DNA of 55,403 nucleotides. It comes from an uncultured Candidatus Actinomarina sp. (GTDB lineage Bacteria > Actinomycetota > Acidimicrobiia > Actinomarinales > Actinomarinaceae). Under the pieces are notes generated by a model that saw only the letters and a list, made by a program, of their open reading frames with translations, made no database searches and had not been told where the DNA came from. The position numbers were made by a program, and so were the translations under genes. Below, one piece after another: positions 19,159-28,828 of the stretch. The stretch spans positions 1 to 55,403 of the forward strand of contig CACOKA010000002.1 in NCBI GenBank assembly GCA_902627635.1. The letters are read 5' to 3'. Within the stretch, counting starts at the first letter, position 1. Every line of letters begins with the position of its first letter.

Positions 19159-20073
19159 TTAATTGTCTTCACTTGGTAAAAAAGAATAAGTATTTATACC
19201 AAATTCTTTTTCCAAGATTTCATATATAGGCCATCCATAAGGTCTACAGCCCATAGTTGATTTACTTTGTTGCATCATGACTGGTGCCAATGCTCCTTCT
19301 TTAGGACAACCTACATGACCCCATCCTAAAATATGTCCAACTTCATGGTTTATAAGATACAATCTATATGTTTCTAAGTCCGATCCAAAATCTATAGCGC
19401 CATTGACCCATCTAAAAAAATTTATAATAATTTGATCTTCGTTTCTACAAGAATAAATTCCATTTGTCTCGAGTGGATAACATAACTCGTCAGTTTTTTC
19501 TGGCGATGCAAAGATGAATTCAAATTCCTTCTCTTTATCTTCAACTAGTTGAAATTCTTTCTCGGTTACTTTAACCCAACCTCTCGTATCATTTAAGATC
19601 GAGGTTATTAAATTTCCAATACAATCAACCTTTAGGCCAAGAGTTGAATCAATTTTTAAGCTGAAATTTATTTTATTTTCATCATATGTAAAAAATTCAA
19701 TTGGTGTAATCCATTCTTTTTCAGAATCAGTTGATTCATCTTTTTTACAACCACTTTGTAAGAAATCATATGAAATCTTTTTACTATTATTTATCTCTTC
19801 TTGGGTAGCATATATAGCTGTTTGATTTGGTGGAATTGTAGTTGTAGTTGTCGAGCTTGTAGTAGTTGTAGATGTTGTTGTAGGCTCCATTATTGTCGTA
19901 GTAGTTGTTGATGTTGTGGAGTCACTTAATGTTGTAGTAGTAGATTCAATTTCATTTACTACTTGGATGTCAGTTTGCTGATCTGTATTCTCATCAAAAA
20001 ATATAACATAGGATAATCCAGCTATTCCAATTAAGGCAATGAACAAAAAAAGTAGTCTTGAGTTATTACTCAT
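19159..20073 (-). CDS. Membrane-anchored secreted zinc metalloprotease-like protein (DUF3152-like)
   Basis: N-terminal TM, Thr/Ser-rich linker (...TTTTSSTTTTTIPP), and the HEVGHILGWGH metzincin-type HExxHxxGxxH motif. Confidence 0.65.
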   Translation of the reverse strand: MSNNSRLLFLFIALIGIAGLSYVIFFDENTDQQTDIQVVNEIESTTTTLSDSTTSTTTTTIMEPTTTSTTTTSSTTTTTIPPNQTAIYATQEEINNSKKISYDFLQSGCKKDESTDSEKEWITPIEFFTYDENKINFSLKIDSTLGLKVDCIGNLITSILNDTRGWVKVTEKEFQLVEDKEKEFEFIFASPEKTDELCYPLETNGIYSCRNEDQIIINFFRWVNGAIDFGSDLETYRLYLINHEVGHILGWGHVGCPKEGALAPVMMQQSKSTMGCRPYGWPIYEILEKEFGINTYSFLPSEDN

Positions 20074-20118
20074 TGTTTAATGTTATATCTTGAAAATCAA
20101 TGAAACAATATTTAATAT

Positions 20119-20682
20119 TTATTTGGTTTTATAGCCTTTTTCATCGATAAACTCTTCTGGTTCTAATCCAAGTCCGTCAGCGACTCTATTTATGTAGTTA
20201 AAATATGCAATTATCTGCACGATTTGCGAAATATCTTTATCCGATAAATTGTAACTCCTCAATAATTCAATATCTTTTTTATTAACTTTACTTGGATTTT
20301 CCGTTAGTTTTTTTGCAAATTCGCACATTGCCATTTGGACTGATGAAATAGAACTTGTTGTCCAGTCCTTTGCGATTTCATCCACTAATTTTTGATTATC
20401 TGTCTCCGACCGAAGATCATACAAATGTGCCCTTATTCAATATTCACATTCGTTTGAAATAGAAGTAACGACAGCTAGTAATTCACTATCGAACCTCGAG
20501 ATGTTTGAATTACCAAACATCGTTGAACTGTATAGATTCATGGAATTTTTTAAAATTTCGGGAGTTTGAGATTGAATAGTAAGGACATTCCAAATTCTCC
20601 CAGCTCTTCTAAGTCCTTTCTCATACTCTTTTTTAAGAAGGCCAGTAGATTCTTGAAATTTGAACAATTTTATAAATGCCAT
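20119..20682 (-). CDS. AhpD/carboxymuconolactone-decarboxylase-family peroxidase-related protein with an in-frame TGA (Sec candidate or pseudogene)
   Basis: The two listed ORFs (20437-20682 and 20119-20424) share one frame and are separated only by TGA at 20437-20439. The joined read is ...VVTSISNECEY[TGA]IRAHLYDL..., which matches the family CxxCxxxH motif with TGA at the second Cys. Confidence 0.6.
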
Positions 20683-20712
20683 ATTTACAATTTTTACTTA
20701 AAATAAAAGCGT

Positions 20713-21156
20713 ATGCAACTTCCAATTGAACTAAAACAAGCAATCGATAACAATGCATTTTGCGCATTAGCAACCAAACTTAATGAAAAAGAGATTCAGA
20801 ATCATCTAATGTGGGTTGATTACAAGGATAATAAAATCCTAATCAACACAGAACAAGGAAGAAAAAAAACAGAGAATATTAGGCAGGAACCAAACATTTC
20901 CCTTGTTATATTTCATCCAACTGACATGTATACATGCTGGGAAATAAGAGGTGTGGTAGAAAATATAGTTCAAGACTCTTCCGCTAATGATCATATAGAT
21001 TATTTATCAAATAGATATTCTGGTAAGCCCTATGGCAGAACAGAAGATGTTACCTGGGAACAAGCAGGATTCACATCTAGAGAAATATGGGAAATAGATG
21101 TTAGTAAACTAATTCCTATGGTCAGTAGAGCTCAGACTAAATCAGAACCAGAGTGA
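20713..21156 (+). CDS. Pyridoxamine 5'-phosphate oxidase-fold protein (possibly F420-dependent PPOX class)
   Basis: 147 aa. Split-barrel-like pattern (CALATK...H.MWVD..DNKILINT...K..NI...PNISLVI). Sits in an F420-encoding genome context. Confidence 0.55.
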   Translation: MQLPIELKQAIDNNAFCALATKLNEKEIQNHLMWVDYKDNKILINTEQGRKKTENIRQEPNISLVIFHPTDMYTCWEIRGVVENIVQDSSANDHIDYLSNRYSGKPYGRTEDVTWEQAGFTSREIWEIDVSKLIPMVSRAQTKSEPE

Positions 21157-21779
21157 AATTTTAAAAAAGGACTCTCTTCAAAAAGTTTCGCTTGGGCATC
21201 AACAAGATTTTTCTTTATTAATTCTTCAGCATCGAAAGTTAAATTTCCCCCTCTTGATTCAAGATGTCCTGTTTTTCTAAATATTTTATCTGGAACTTTT
21301 TTTAATAATCTTTTAAATACTTCTTCAGAAACTCTTAAATATTTTGCTAGTGTTAACTCTACTTTTATTGATTCCGGAATTACATTACATGCAAAAACAT
21401 ACAAAGATCCAAACATAGACCAATCAAGATCACTAGGTCTTCTGGATTTTTCATATACAGAAAAATCATATTCTAAAAATGAATCAAATGGTGAATAATT
21501 AAACGTTGCTTTGTCACTTAACTGCTTAAACAAAAATCTATCAAGAAGTTTTAAATCCAGACTATTTAAGGTTTGTTCTAACCCAACTTTTGAAAGAGAT
21601 AGTTCATCTTCAAGGTATTTTATTGACAAATCATTAATTACAATCTTTCCGAAATAATTTACAATTTTAACTTGTACATTTACATTTTTAGGTACAAAAA
21701 TTAATCCATCATTGTCCTCAAAACCAATTGAGATACTTAGTTCTTCGTCTAATTCAAAAGTTTGTTTATCAATTTTCAT
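21132..21779 (-). CDS. Hypothetical protein
   Basis: 215-aa ORF with no motif I recognise. Its 3' end overlaps the convergent 20713 gene by 25 nt. Confidence 0.5.
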   Translation of the reverse strand: MKIDKQTFELDEELSISIGFEDNDGLIFVPKNVNVQVKIVNYFGKIVINDLSIKYLEDELSLSKVGLEQTLNSLDLKLLDRFLFKQLSDKATFNYSPFDSFLEYDFSVYEKSRRPSDLDWSMFGSLYVFACNVIPESIKVELTLAKYLRVSEEVFKRLLKKVPDKIFRKTGHLESRGGNLTFDAEELIKKNLVDAQAKLFEESPFLKFHSGSDLV

Positions 21780-21791
21780 ATAAAATATGTA

Positions 21792-21820
21792 TTGGCTAAT
21801 AACTATTGTAAAGCCATAAT
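21792..21820 (+). promoter_or_regulatory. Putative ssrA promoter (TTGGCT-17 nt-CATAAT)
   Basis: -35-like TTGGCT at 21792-21797, a 17-nt spacer, and -10-like CATAAT at 21815-21820. The mature tmRNA 5' end lies 9 nt downstream. Confidence 0.35.
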
Positions 21821-21828
21821 AGTGATAT

Positions 21829-22169
21829 GGGGGTGAACTGGCTTCGACTTTGAAGCGAGCCTCTCAGTAGCGAGCTGAGGGTCCTAGGGCCTCATTAAAA
21901 ACGTAGGAAAAAAAAGATAACTGCCAAACCTAAATTGGCCGTAGCAGCTTAATTGTTGCTCGTCGACTATCGGGGCTCCCACCTCGGATAGTATCGGCGT
22001 CGAAATGTGGGATGCTGAGTTAGATTACCGGCTAGCTTTTAAGATTTAAGGTAAAAACTATTGAGAATTTGTTTCTGGTGACTCTCTCAATAGTATTTCA
22101 CCAGATGCGCTCGGAGAAGCTGTTGGGTAGCTTAAAAGGACCGGGGTTCGACTCCCCGCACCTCCACCA
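21829..22169 (+). ncRNA. ssrA: tmRNA (SsrA)
   Basis: The 5' end GGGGGUGAACUGGCUUCGAC pairs with the 3' end ...GCACCUCCACCA, with G3:U in the acceptor stem. T-arm is GGGGUUCGACUCCCC. The internal tag frame ends ...AKPKLAVAA-TAA (21923-21952). Confidence 0.9.
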
Positions 22170-22171
22170 AA

Positions 22172-23359
22172 ATGACTAATAATAATACATATGACTATGC
22201 AGTTATTGGAGCTGGAATTGTTGGTTTGTCTACAGCACTTCACTTACAAAAACAAAATGTTAGTGTTGTTGTTCTTGAGAAAGAAAAAGAGCCAGGACTC
22301 CATCAATCTGGACGAAACTCTGGGGTCATCCATTCAGGAATTTATTACAAACCAAATTCAAGTAAGTCAGAACTTTCTATAAGAGGAAGAAATTTGCTGA
22401 TTGAATATTTAAAAAAGAAAGATATTAATTATCGCCAAGAAGGAAAAATTGTAGTAGATAACGATCTAAATAAATTAGAGAATCTATTGGATAGAAGCAT
22501 TGAGCTTGACATGGACGGTGTAAAAATTGTTCGAGATGATGAACTTCTTTCTATTGAACCAAGCTCAGTTATGTTAAAAGGACTTTTTGTTCCACAGGCT
22601 GGAGTTGTAGATTATAAAGAAGTAGTTCAGGCATATGCAAAAGATTTTATAGAGATGGGTGGAGAAATAAAATATATCGAGGAAATAAAAGAGATTGAAA
22701 ATATAAATGGTTTGAAATCTATAAAAGGAAATAAAGATACATACAACTGTGAATTTTTAATAAATTGTGCAGGCCTTTTCTCAGATGAAATTGCAAAATT
22801 AGACAATATGTCACCAAATGTAAAAATAATTCCTTTTAGGGGAGAGTATTACAAAATAAGTAATACAAAAAATAAAATTCTAAACAATATGATTTATCCA
22901 TTGGCTGATCCTGATCTTCCATTCTTGGGTATACATTTAACAAAAACAGCAAATGGTGACATTGAAGCCGGACCAAATGCAGTACTGGCTTTTTCAAAAG
23001 AAGGTTATAAATGGACAGATATTAATTTTGTAGATTTAACTAAAGTAGTAACTTTTCCTGGAATGCTCAAACTTGGAAAAAAATATTTCAGGACTGGTAT
23101 CTCTGAAATGTATAGATCCTTAAATAAAAATATTTTTGTAAAAGAGATTCAAAAATTAATTAATGGAGTTGATCTAAGAGATATAAAACAAATTCCATCT
23201 GGTGTAAGGGCACAAGCTGTTGATAAAGATGGTAATTTAGTTGACGATTTTCTGTTTGAAGAGGGAGAAAACTCACTACATGTTCTTAATTCACCAAGTC
23301 CGGCAGCTACTGCTTCCTTAGCTATTGGAGAATCGATAGTTTCAAAAATCTTAAATTAA
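22172..23359 (+). CDS. FAD-dependent L-2-hydroxyglutarate oxidase-like oxidoreductase
   Basis: YDYAVIGAGIVGLSTA dinucleotide-binding motif and GRNSGVIHSGIYYKP, typical of LhgO-like enzymes. Confidence 0.7.
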   Translation: MTNNNTYDYAVIGAGIVGLSTALHLQKQNVSVVVLEKEKEPGLHQSGRNSGVIHSGIYYKPNSSKSELSIRGRNLLIEYLKKKDINYRQEGKIVVDNDLNKLENLLDRSIELDMDGVKIVRDDELLSIEPSSVMLKGLFVPQAGVVDYKEVVQAYAKDFIEMGGEIKYIEEIKEIENINGLKSIKGNKDTYNCEFLINCAGLFSDEIAKLDNMSPNVKIIPFRGEYYKISNTKNKILNNMIYPLADPDLPFLGIHLTKTANGDIEAGPNAVLAFSKEGYKWTDINFVDLTKVVTFPGMLKLGKKYFRTGISEMYRSLNKNIFVKEIQKLINGVDLRDIKQIPSGVRAQAVDKDGNLVDDFLFEEGENSLHVLNSPSPAATASLAIGESIVSKILN

Positions 23360-23360
23360 T

Positions 23361-25124
23361 TTATCTTTTGATCTTTCCAGTTTGGACATCCCATAATTTT
23401 GCATACACACCTTGGTTGTTTAGTAGTTCATCATGAGTACCCTGTTCAACAATCTCACCGGACTCTAATACGTAAATTAAATCAGCGTTTCTAATCGTTG
23501 AAAGCCTGTGAGCAATAGCAATTACAGTTCTGCCTTCTTTCAATGTTTCAAGAGACTCCTGAATTGCAGCTTCAGTTTCATTATCAACTGCTGAAGTTGC
23601 TTCATCGAGTATTAATATTTCAGGATTTTTTAATATTGCTCTAGCTATAGAAATTCTTTGTCTTTGTCCGCCCGATAGTTTTTGTCCTCTCTCACCAACA
23701 ATTGTATTTTCTTGACTAGGAAGTTCACTTATGAATTTATCAGATTCTGATAAACGTGCAGCATTCCAAACCTCTTCAATTGATGCGTCTATATTTCCAT
23801 AAGCTATATTTTCAAAAACAGTGCCTTCAAATAGAAAAACATCTTGGCTTACTAATCCTATTTTGCTTCGGAGACTATCAATAGTTAACGATTCAATTTC
23901 GATATTGTCGAATAATATATTTCCAGATTTTTTTTCATAAAATCTTAGGATTAATTTTATCAATGTAGATTTACCAGAACCTGTACTCCCCACAATCGCT
24001 GTTGTTTTTCCTTTGACAATCTCAACATTTATATCTTTTAATACCGGAAAATTTGGTACATATTCAAAATTAAGATTTTCAAATGTAATATTTTCTTTAA
24101 GCTCCTCCATCTGTATGTCTCCATCTTTTATCAGCGGTTTGGTTGCTTTCAAATTTATTATTCTTCTAAAAGAGGCCATAGCTTTTTGATAGACGTCAAA
24201 AATCATTCCTAATTCAGTCAATGGCCATAAAAGTCTTTGAGTTATAAATAACATAACGGAATACATAGCTACTTTAATTTGTCCATCTAATGCAAGAAAT
24301 CCACCAATTAAAAGTGTTGCAGTAAAGCCAAATAATATTGCAATTCTAATTATGGGTATAAATGCGGCAGATAGTTTTATTGCCTCATAATTTGCAGTTT
24401 TTACTTCCTGTGATGCTTCTTCAATTCTTCTATATTCTTTATCTTTTCGATTAAAACTTTTTACAGTAAGGATTCCCGTAATCGAATTTGAAAGATGAGC
24501 ATTAAGTGATTCAACGTTATTTCGTATTTTTGAATATCTCTCAGCTATTCGTTGTGTAAATTTGTATGAACCGAAAATTATCACAGGAATTGGTATAAAT
24601 GCAAACACTGCAACTAAAGGGGATATATAAATAAAAGTCCCTCCAATGACTATTACGGTTGTTGCAGTCTGAATTAAACGATTAGCAGCTTCATTCAAAA
24701 ACTGTTCCATTTGGTTTACATCGTCATTCAAAATAGCCATAAGGCGCCCTGAAGATTTATTCTCAAAAAAAGCTAAATCTAGATCCAGTGTTTTCTCAAA
24801 AGTCTCAGTACGTAGTGAATGTTGAAGATCTTGTGCAATATTTCTCCATGTAACTGCAGCGACATAATCAAAAATTGATTCTAAACCCCAGATTATAAAA
24901 GTTATAAATGCAAGAATAATTAATTGTTGTCGTCTATCTTCAAACCCAAATGAACCAATGAAAGAATCAGATCCTTCTACAACAATATCAATTGCGACGC
25001 CAATCAAGACTGGTGGAGCTAGATCAAACAACTTGTTAAGAATTGAATAGAGGATTCCTCTTTTTACTTTAGTTTGATTTTGTTGAGCGTATTTATATAA
25101 ATCTCTCAGATTATTTTGTTTCAT
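23361..25124 (-). CDS. ABC exporter, fused permease/ATPase (MsbA/MdlB-like)
   Basis: Six-TM N-terminal half. GSTGSGKST Walker A, LSGGQRQRISIAR, ILILDEATSAVD. Confidence 0.85.
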   Translation of the reverse strand: MKQNNLRDLYKYAQQNQTKVKRGILYSILNKLFDLAPPVLIGVAIDIVVEGSDSFIGSFGFEDRRQQLIILAFITFIIWGLESIFDYVAAVTWRNIAQDLQHSLRTETFEKTLDLDLAFFENKSSGRLMAILNDDVNQMEQFLNEAANRLIQTATTVIVIGGTFIYISPLVAVFAFIPIPVIIFGSYKFTQRIAERYSKIRNNVESLNAHLSNSITGILTVKSFNRKDKEYRRIEEASQEVKTANYEAIKLSAAFIPIIRIAILFGFTATLLIGGFLALDGQIKVAMYSVMLFITQRLLWPLTELGMIFDVYQKAMASFRRIINLKATKPLIKDGDIQMEELKENITFENLNFEYVPNFPVLKDINVEIVKGKTTAIVGSTGSGKSTLIKLILRFYEKKSGNILFDNIEIESLTIDSLRSKIGLVSQDVFLFEGTVFENIAYGNIDASIEEVWNAARLSESDKFISELPSQENTIVGERGQKLSGGQRQRISIARAILKNPEILILDEATSAVDNETEAAIQESLETLKEGRTVIAIAHRLSTIRNADLIYVLESGEIVEQGTHDELLNNQGVYAKLWDVQTGKIKR

Positions 25125-25135
25125 TGGTTGTTACT

Positions 25136-25543
25136 TTACTTTGTTTGTAAATTATTTATACCGTCTCTTATTTCTTTCAGAAGAGTTACTTCCTTTGATT
25201 CTGTTGCAACAACTTCTTCATTTTCTTCATCATCAACCATTTCTTCAAAATGATTGTAAGCTTTTATGACTAGAAACATTACAAATGCAATAATCAAATA
25301 ATTGATTATTTCTCCAAGAAATGCTCCAAAACTCCCTGATTGCATTCCAGAGTTTGGATCTACATCTCCAAACAGTCCAAGATTGTCTAAGTTTGGAAGA
25401 TTTATAATCAATCCAATTAATGGTTCTATTAGCCTTTTAGTAAAGACATCTACTAATGATTTAAATGATGCACCCATAACAAATGCAACTCCTAATTCAA
25501 CTACATTTCCTCTATTAATAAAATTTCTAAATTCTTTTACCAT
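25136..25543 (-). CDS. mscL: Large-conductance mechanosensitive channel
   Basis: FINRGNVVELGVAFVMGASF N-terminus, two TMs, 135 aa. Confidence 0.9.
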   Translation of the reverse strand: MVKEFRNFINRGNVVELGVAFVMGASFKSLVDVFTKRLIEPLIGLIINLPNLDNLGLFGDVDPNSGMQSGSFGAFLGEIINYLIIAFVMFLVIKAYNHFEEMVDDEENEEVVATESKEVTLLKEIRDGINNLQTK

Positions 25544-25596
25544 GAATCCTCCTATTTCTATCTCAATATTTAAGATTACAATTATTCTTAAGTCCT

Positions 25597-26988
25597 ATGA
25601 GAAAATACCTAAATTATTTACTAGTAATCACTTTAATATCTAGTTGTGCATCGGAACCCGAGTCCCGAAATCAAGTTATTGAGACTACTTCTATAATTAC
25701 TTCTACAACTTCTTCTTCAACTTCTACAACAGTTCAGAAAGTTAAAGAAGATATTTCATATGATGAGTTTGGAATTGAATTATTAGATGTAAGTCCTGAG
25801 ATGAAGGAACAATTTGATGAGCTTGTTAAATATGTTGAAAAAAAGACAGGCTTATCGTTTGTTGAGTATCCAAAATTTAATTTATATACCCTAGATGGGT
25901 ACAGAGATTATAACGCAGCTTCATACCTTGATGATTTTGATAAAGATTATGAGGAGGGTGAGTGGGAAAGAGCTGTTTTATCAGAGAACATGTGGGGGTT
26001 AATAGAATCTACGCCAGAAAAAATGAAAGAACTTATTGTAGAATTTCAAAGGTGTGCTTCAGCTGGATCATATAATTTACTTGATCAAATTTTAAGAGTT
26101 CCAGTAGAGAAAAATCAAAAAAAATTAAATCTTTGGGAGCAATCTGTAATTGTACACGAGTTGGTACATTCACTTCAGGGTCAAATAGTTGGTCTTTCAG
26201 ATTGGTATAGCACTATGAAAGAGAATGACGATTTTATGGATTATCCGGGAAGAAGATCAATTATGGAAGCTCAAGCAGACCTTGTACAAGGTTATTGGAT
26301 GGCTGAGCTAGATTTCGATCAAAGACAAGACATGACATCTCAACGACCAAACTTTAGATGTTCGGTATCGCTTCCGGCTTATTTTTATATTCCATTTGAT
26401 CTTTATTATGATTTTGGAGGTCGTTTAGGTAAACAAATTCATACTATGGAAAGAATGGAGGGACTTAACAAGGCATTATTTGAATTACCTACTGCAGAAC
26501 AAGTGTATTCGCCTGAAAAATATTTTTCTAAGGAACCATACATTGATGTTGATATCCAGACACTCGAACTAAATGAATTCTCAGTAATTGATGAGGGGCA
26601 ACTTGATTCATTAGATCTTGTATATCTATTACAAACAAAAATTGGTCAGAATGATGCTGTAAACGCAGCAATCGGATTAGGTGGTGGTTCGTGGGTTGAT
26701 TACATTAATGACAAAAACGATTTATTTATGACTGTCAAAATACAAGGAGATGATATTAATGAATTGAATGAAATCTCGAATGCTTTTCAAAACTGGGCTG
26801 ATTTTCAATCAAGATTTACTAAGAGATCAAACAATTCAAGTTGGAATGGAATCTTATATGAAGGTGATACAAATTTTTGGATTTACAATGATGGAAACTA
26901 TTTAAGATTAGCACTATCAAACGATCAAGAATTTATTATTGATTTCCTTAGTGAATGTACTTCTGACCAGTGCAATACCAACTTTTAA
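25597..26988 (+). CDS. Putative lipoprotein with an HExxH motif
   Basis: Lipobox LISSC, a Thr/Ser linker (TTSIITSTTSSSTSTT), and an internal VHELVHSLQG. Confidence 0.6.
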   Translation: MRKYLNYLLVITLISSCASEPESRNQVIETTSIITSTTSSSTSTTVQKVKEDISYDEFGIELLDVSPEMKEQFDELVKYVEKKTGLSFVEYPKFNLYTLDGYRDYNAASYLDDFDKDYEEGEWERAVLSENMWGLIESTPEKMKELIVEFQRCASAGSYNLLDQILRVPVEKNQKKLNLWEQSVIVHELVHSLQGQIVGLSDWYSTMKENDDFMDYPGRRSIMEAQADLVQGYWMAELDFDQRQDMTSQRPNFRCSVSLPAYFYIPFDLYYDFGGRLGKQIHTMERMEGLNKALFELPTAEQVYSPEKYFSKEPYIDVDIQTLELNEFSVIDEGQLDSLDLVYLLQTKIGQNDAVNAAIGLGGGSWVDYINDKNDLFMTVKIQGDDINELNEISNAFQNWADFQSRFTKRSNNSSWNGILYEGDTNFWIYNDGNYLRLALSNDQEFIIDFLSECTSDQCNTNF

Positions 26989-26989
26989 A

Positions 26990-27805
26990 ATGGGATCATT
27001 TTATATTTGTCCAACCCCAATTGGGAATTTGAACGACATATCAAGTAGATTGAATCAAGTTTTGTCTGATGTAGATATTATTTATGCTGAGGATACACGT
27101 GTAGCAAAAAAATTATTATCACATTTGAATTTAAAAAAGGAAGTTTACTCCTATTTTAAGGGAAATGAAGTAAAAAAAATTGATGAGATAATCAATTTTT
27201 TAAATGATGGAAAATCAATTGCTATGATTTCAGATGCTGGAACACCCCTCATTTCAGATCCTGGAAGCATGCTTGTTAAAGAACTAGTGAAAAAAAACGT
27301 AAATATTATATCTATACCAGGCCCATCAAGTGTTTTGGTTGCTCTGACTTTATCAGGTTTTGATACAGATAAGTTTACGTTTTTGGGTTTTATTCCAAGA
27401 TCTGGAAAAGAGAGAACTAAATTTTTTGATATTGTTATGGATACTGAATTGACATTGATATGTTTCACTTCTCCTAACAGATTAAAAAAAGACCTAGAAG
27501 AATTTGCTAGTAAGAATATAGAAAATGAAATAGTCGTCTGTAGAGAGCTTACAAAAAAATTTGAATCTATTTATAGAGGTAACGCAAAGAAACTCTTGAA
27601 GGACATTCCTGACACAAAATATAAGGGAGAGATAACTCTTGTTATAAGTAGATCACAAAAGATTAAAAATATTGATGTAGATAACGAGGCTTTAGCGAAA
27701 AAGTTGATTGAATACAAGGTTCCAAAAAGAGAGATAGCAAAAATTATTTCATCGATAACACAGGAAAAAGTAAATAAAGTTTATGATCTAATTAAAAATC
27801 TTTAA
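26990..27805 (+). CDS. rsmI: 16S rRNA (cytidine1402-2'-O)-methyltransferase
   Basis: MGSFYICPTPIGNLNDIS matches the RsmI N-terminus, so I prefer the ATG at 26990 over the listed 26939. SDAGTPLISDPG motif. Confidence 0.85.
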   Translation: MGSFYICPTPIGNLNDISSRLNQVLSDVDIIYAEDTRVAKKLLSHLNLKKEVYSYFKGNEVKKIDEIINFLNDGKSIAMISDAGTPLISDPGSMLVKELVKKNVNIISIPGPSSVLVALTLSGFDTDKFTFLGFIPRSGKERTKFFDIVMDTELTLICFTSPNRLKKDLEEFASKNIENEIVVCRELTKKFESIYRGNAKKLLKDIPDTKYKGEITLVISRSQKIKNIDVDNEALAKKLIEYKVPKREIAKIISSITQEKVNKVYDLIKNL

Positions 27806-28031
27806 TGGTATCAACGCAGTTTTTGCACAAAAATTTATCTTTAATCTGTATCTCGATTTTCTCTTTTCCACATATTGTGCATACGTTATTATTTTTTGTA
27901 ATTATTAAAGCTTGATTTTCGACATGCATAGATATTTCATCATTGTGTTCAACATTTAGAGCTTTTCGAATTGACTTAGGTATTACGACTCTTCCTAAAT
28001 TGTCTATCTTGGATTTATTGCCTTTGACCAT
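27792..28031 (-). CDS. AbrB/SpoVT-type DNA-binding protein with a C-terminal CxxC...CxxC zinc ribbon
   Basis: LGRVVIPKSIRKAL swapped-hairpin motif, then CTICGK...CKNC. Overlaps the rsmI 3' end by 14 nt, convergently. Confidence 0.65.
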   Translation of the reverse strand: MVKGNKSKIDNLGRVVIPKSIRKALNVEHNDEISMHVENQALIITKNNNVCTICGKEKIEIQIKDKFLCKNCVDTIKDF

Positions 28032-28058
28032 ATTTTTAATACTCCTATTCTTATAGTA

Positions 28059-28826
28059 GTGAATAAATCGAAATCATTTATGGAATTCAAATGGGTTGAT
28101 ACCCATTGTCATTTACAGCTTTTAAATGAAGATTTTGATGAAACTCACTGCAAAAACATTGAATTTTTAATAATTCCAGGAGTTGATGTTAAATCATCTT
28201 TAAAGGCAAAAGAGATAAGTTCTAGTTTAGATCTAGAAAGTTATTGGTCTGCGGGTCTTCATCCTCATGATGCAAAACTTTTGAATACACAAAGAGAAGA
28301 CTTAAAAAAGCTTTTTAGTGAGGCAGATTTAATTGGAGAAACAGGGCTTGATTTTTATAGAAATTTATCAACAAAAGATCAACAGAGAGAAAGTTTTTTG
28401 TTTCACCTAGAATTTTCTAAGCAGTTAGATAAACCAATTATTATCCATTGTCGAGATAGTTTTCAAGATACATATGATTTATTAGTTGAGTTTAATAACT
28501 CATCACCGATTATTTTACATTCATGGACAGGGGGTAGAAAATGGACTAAAAGATTTAGAGAATTAGATGTTTATTTTTCAATATCTGGAATAGTTACTTA
28601 TGAAACCGCAAAAGATTTACAATTATCTGTCAAAGAGATACCAATGAACAGACTACTGTTGGAAACAGATACACCTTACTTAACACCAGTACCCCTGAAG
28701 GGCAAAGATAACAGACCAAACTTTATAGCTCACACAGCATCAAAAATATCAAACTTATTAGAAATTGATGAAAAAAAATTATCTGAAATTACAATTAAAA
28801 ATTCTAGAGGATTATTAAAGAGGTAA
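28059..28826 (+). CDS. tatD: TatD-family metal-dependent hydrolase
   Basis: VDTHCHL N-terminal motif, internal HCRD, C-terminal ETDTPYL. Confidence 0.85.
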   Translation: MNKSKSFMEFKWVDTHCHLQLLNEDFDETHCKNIEFLIIPGVDVKSSLKAKEISSSLDLESYWSAGLHPHDAKLLNTQREDLKKLFSEADLIGETGLDFYRNLSTKDQQRESFLFHLEFSKQLDKPIIIHCRDSFQDTYDLLVEFNNSSPIILHSWTGGRKWTKRFRELDVYFSISGIVTYETAKDLQLSVKEIPMNRLLLETDTPYLTPVPLKGKDNRPNFIAHTASKISNLLEIDEKKLSEITIKNSRGLLKR

Positions 28827-28828
28827 TC

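Noticed and set aside
21829-22169. tmRNA (and tRNA-Gln at 30457-30531) as the attachment site of an integrated island or prophage
   Set aside because: No integrase, excisionase or phage-like genes flank either RNA gene. I saw no duplicated copy of either 3' end. Conserved housekeeping genes follow immediately.
22058-22243. 61-aa minus-strand ORF (also the plus-strand ORF at 22191-22382)
   Set aside because: The first lies across the 3' half of the tmRNA. The second is an alternative frame inside the lhgO-like gene. Neither has a recognisable motif.
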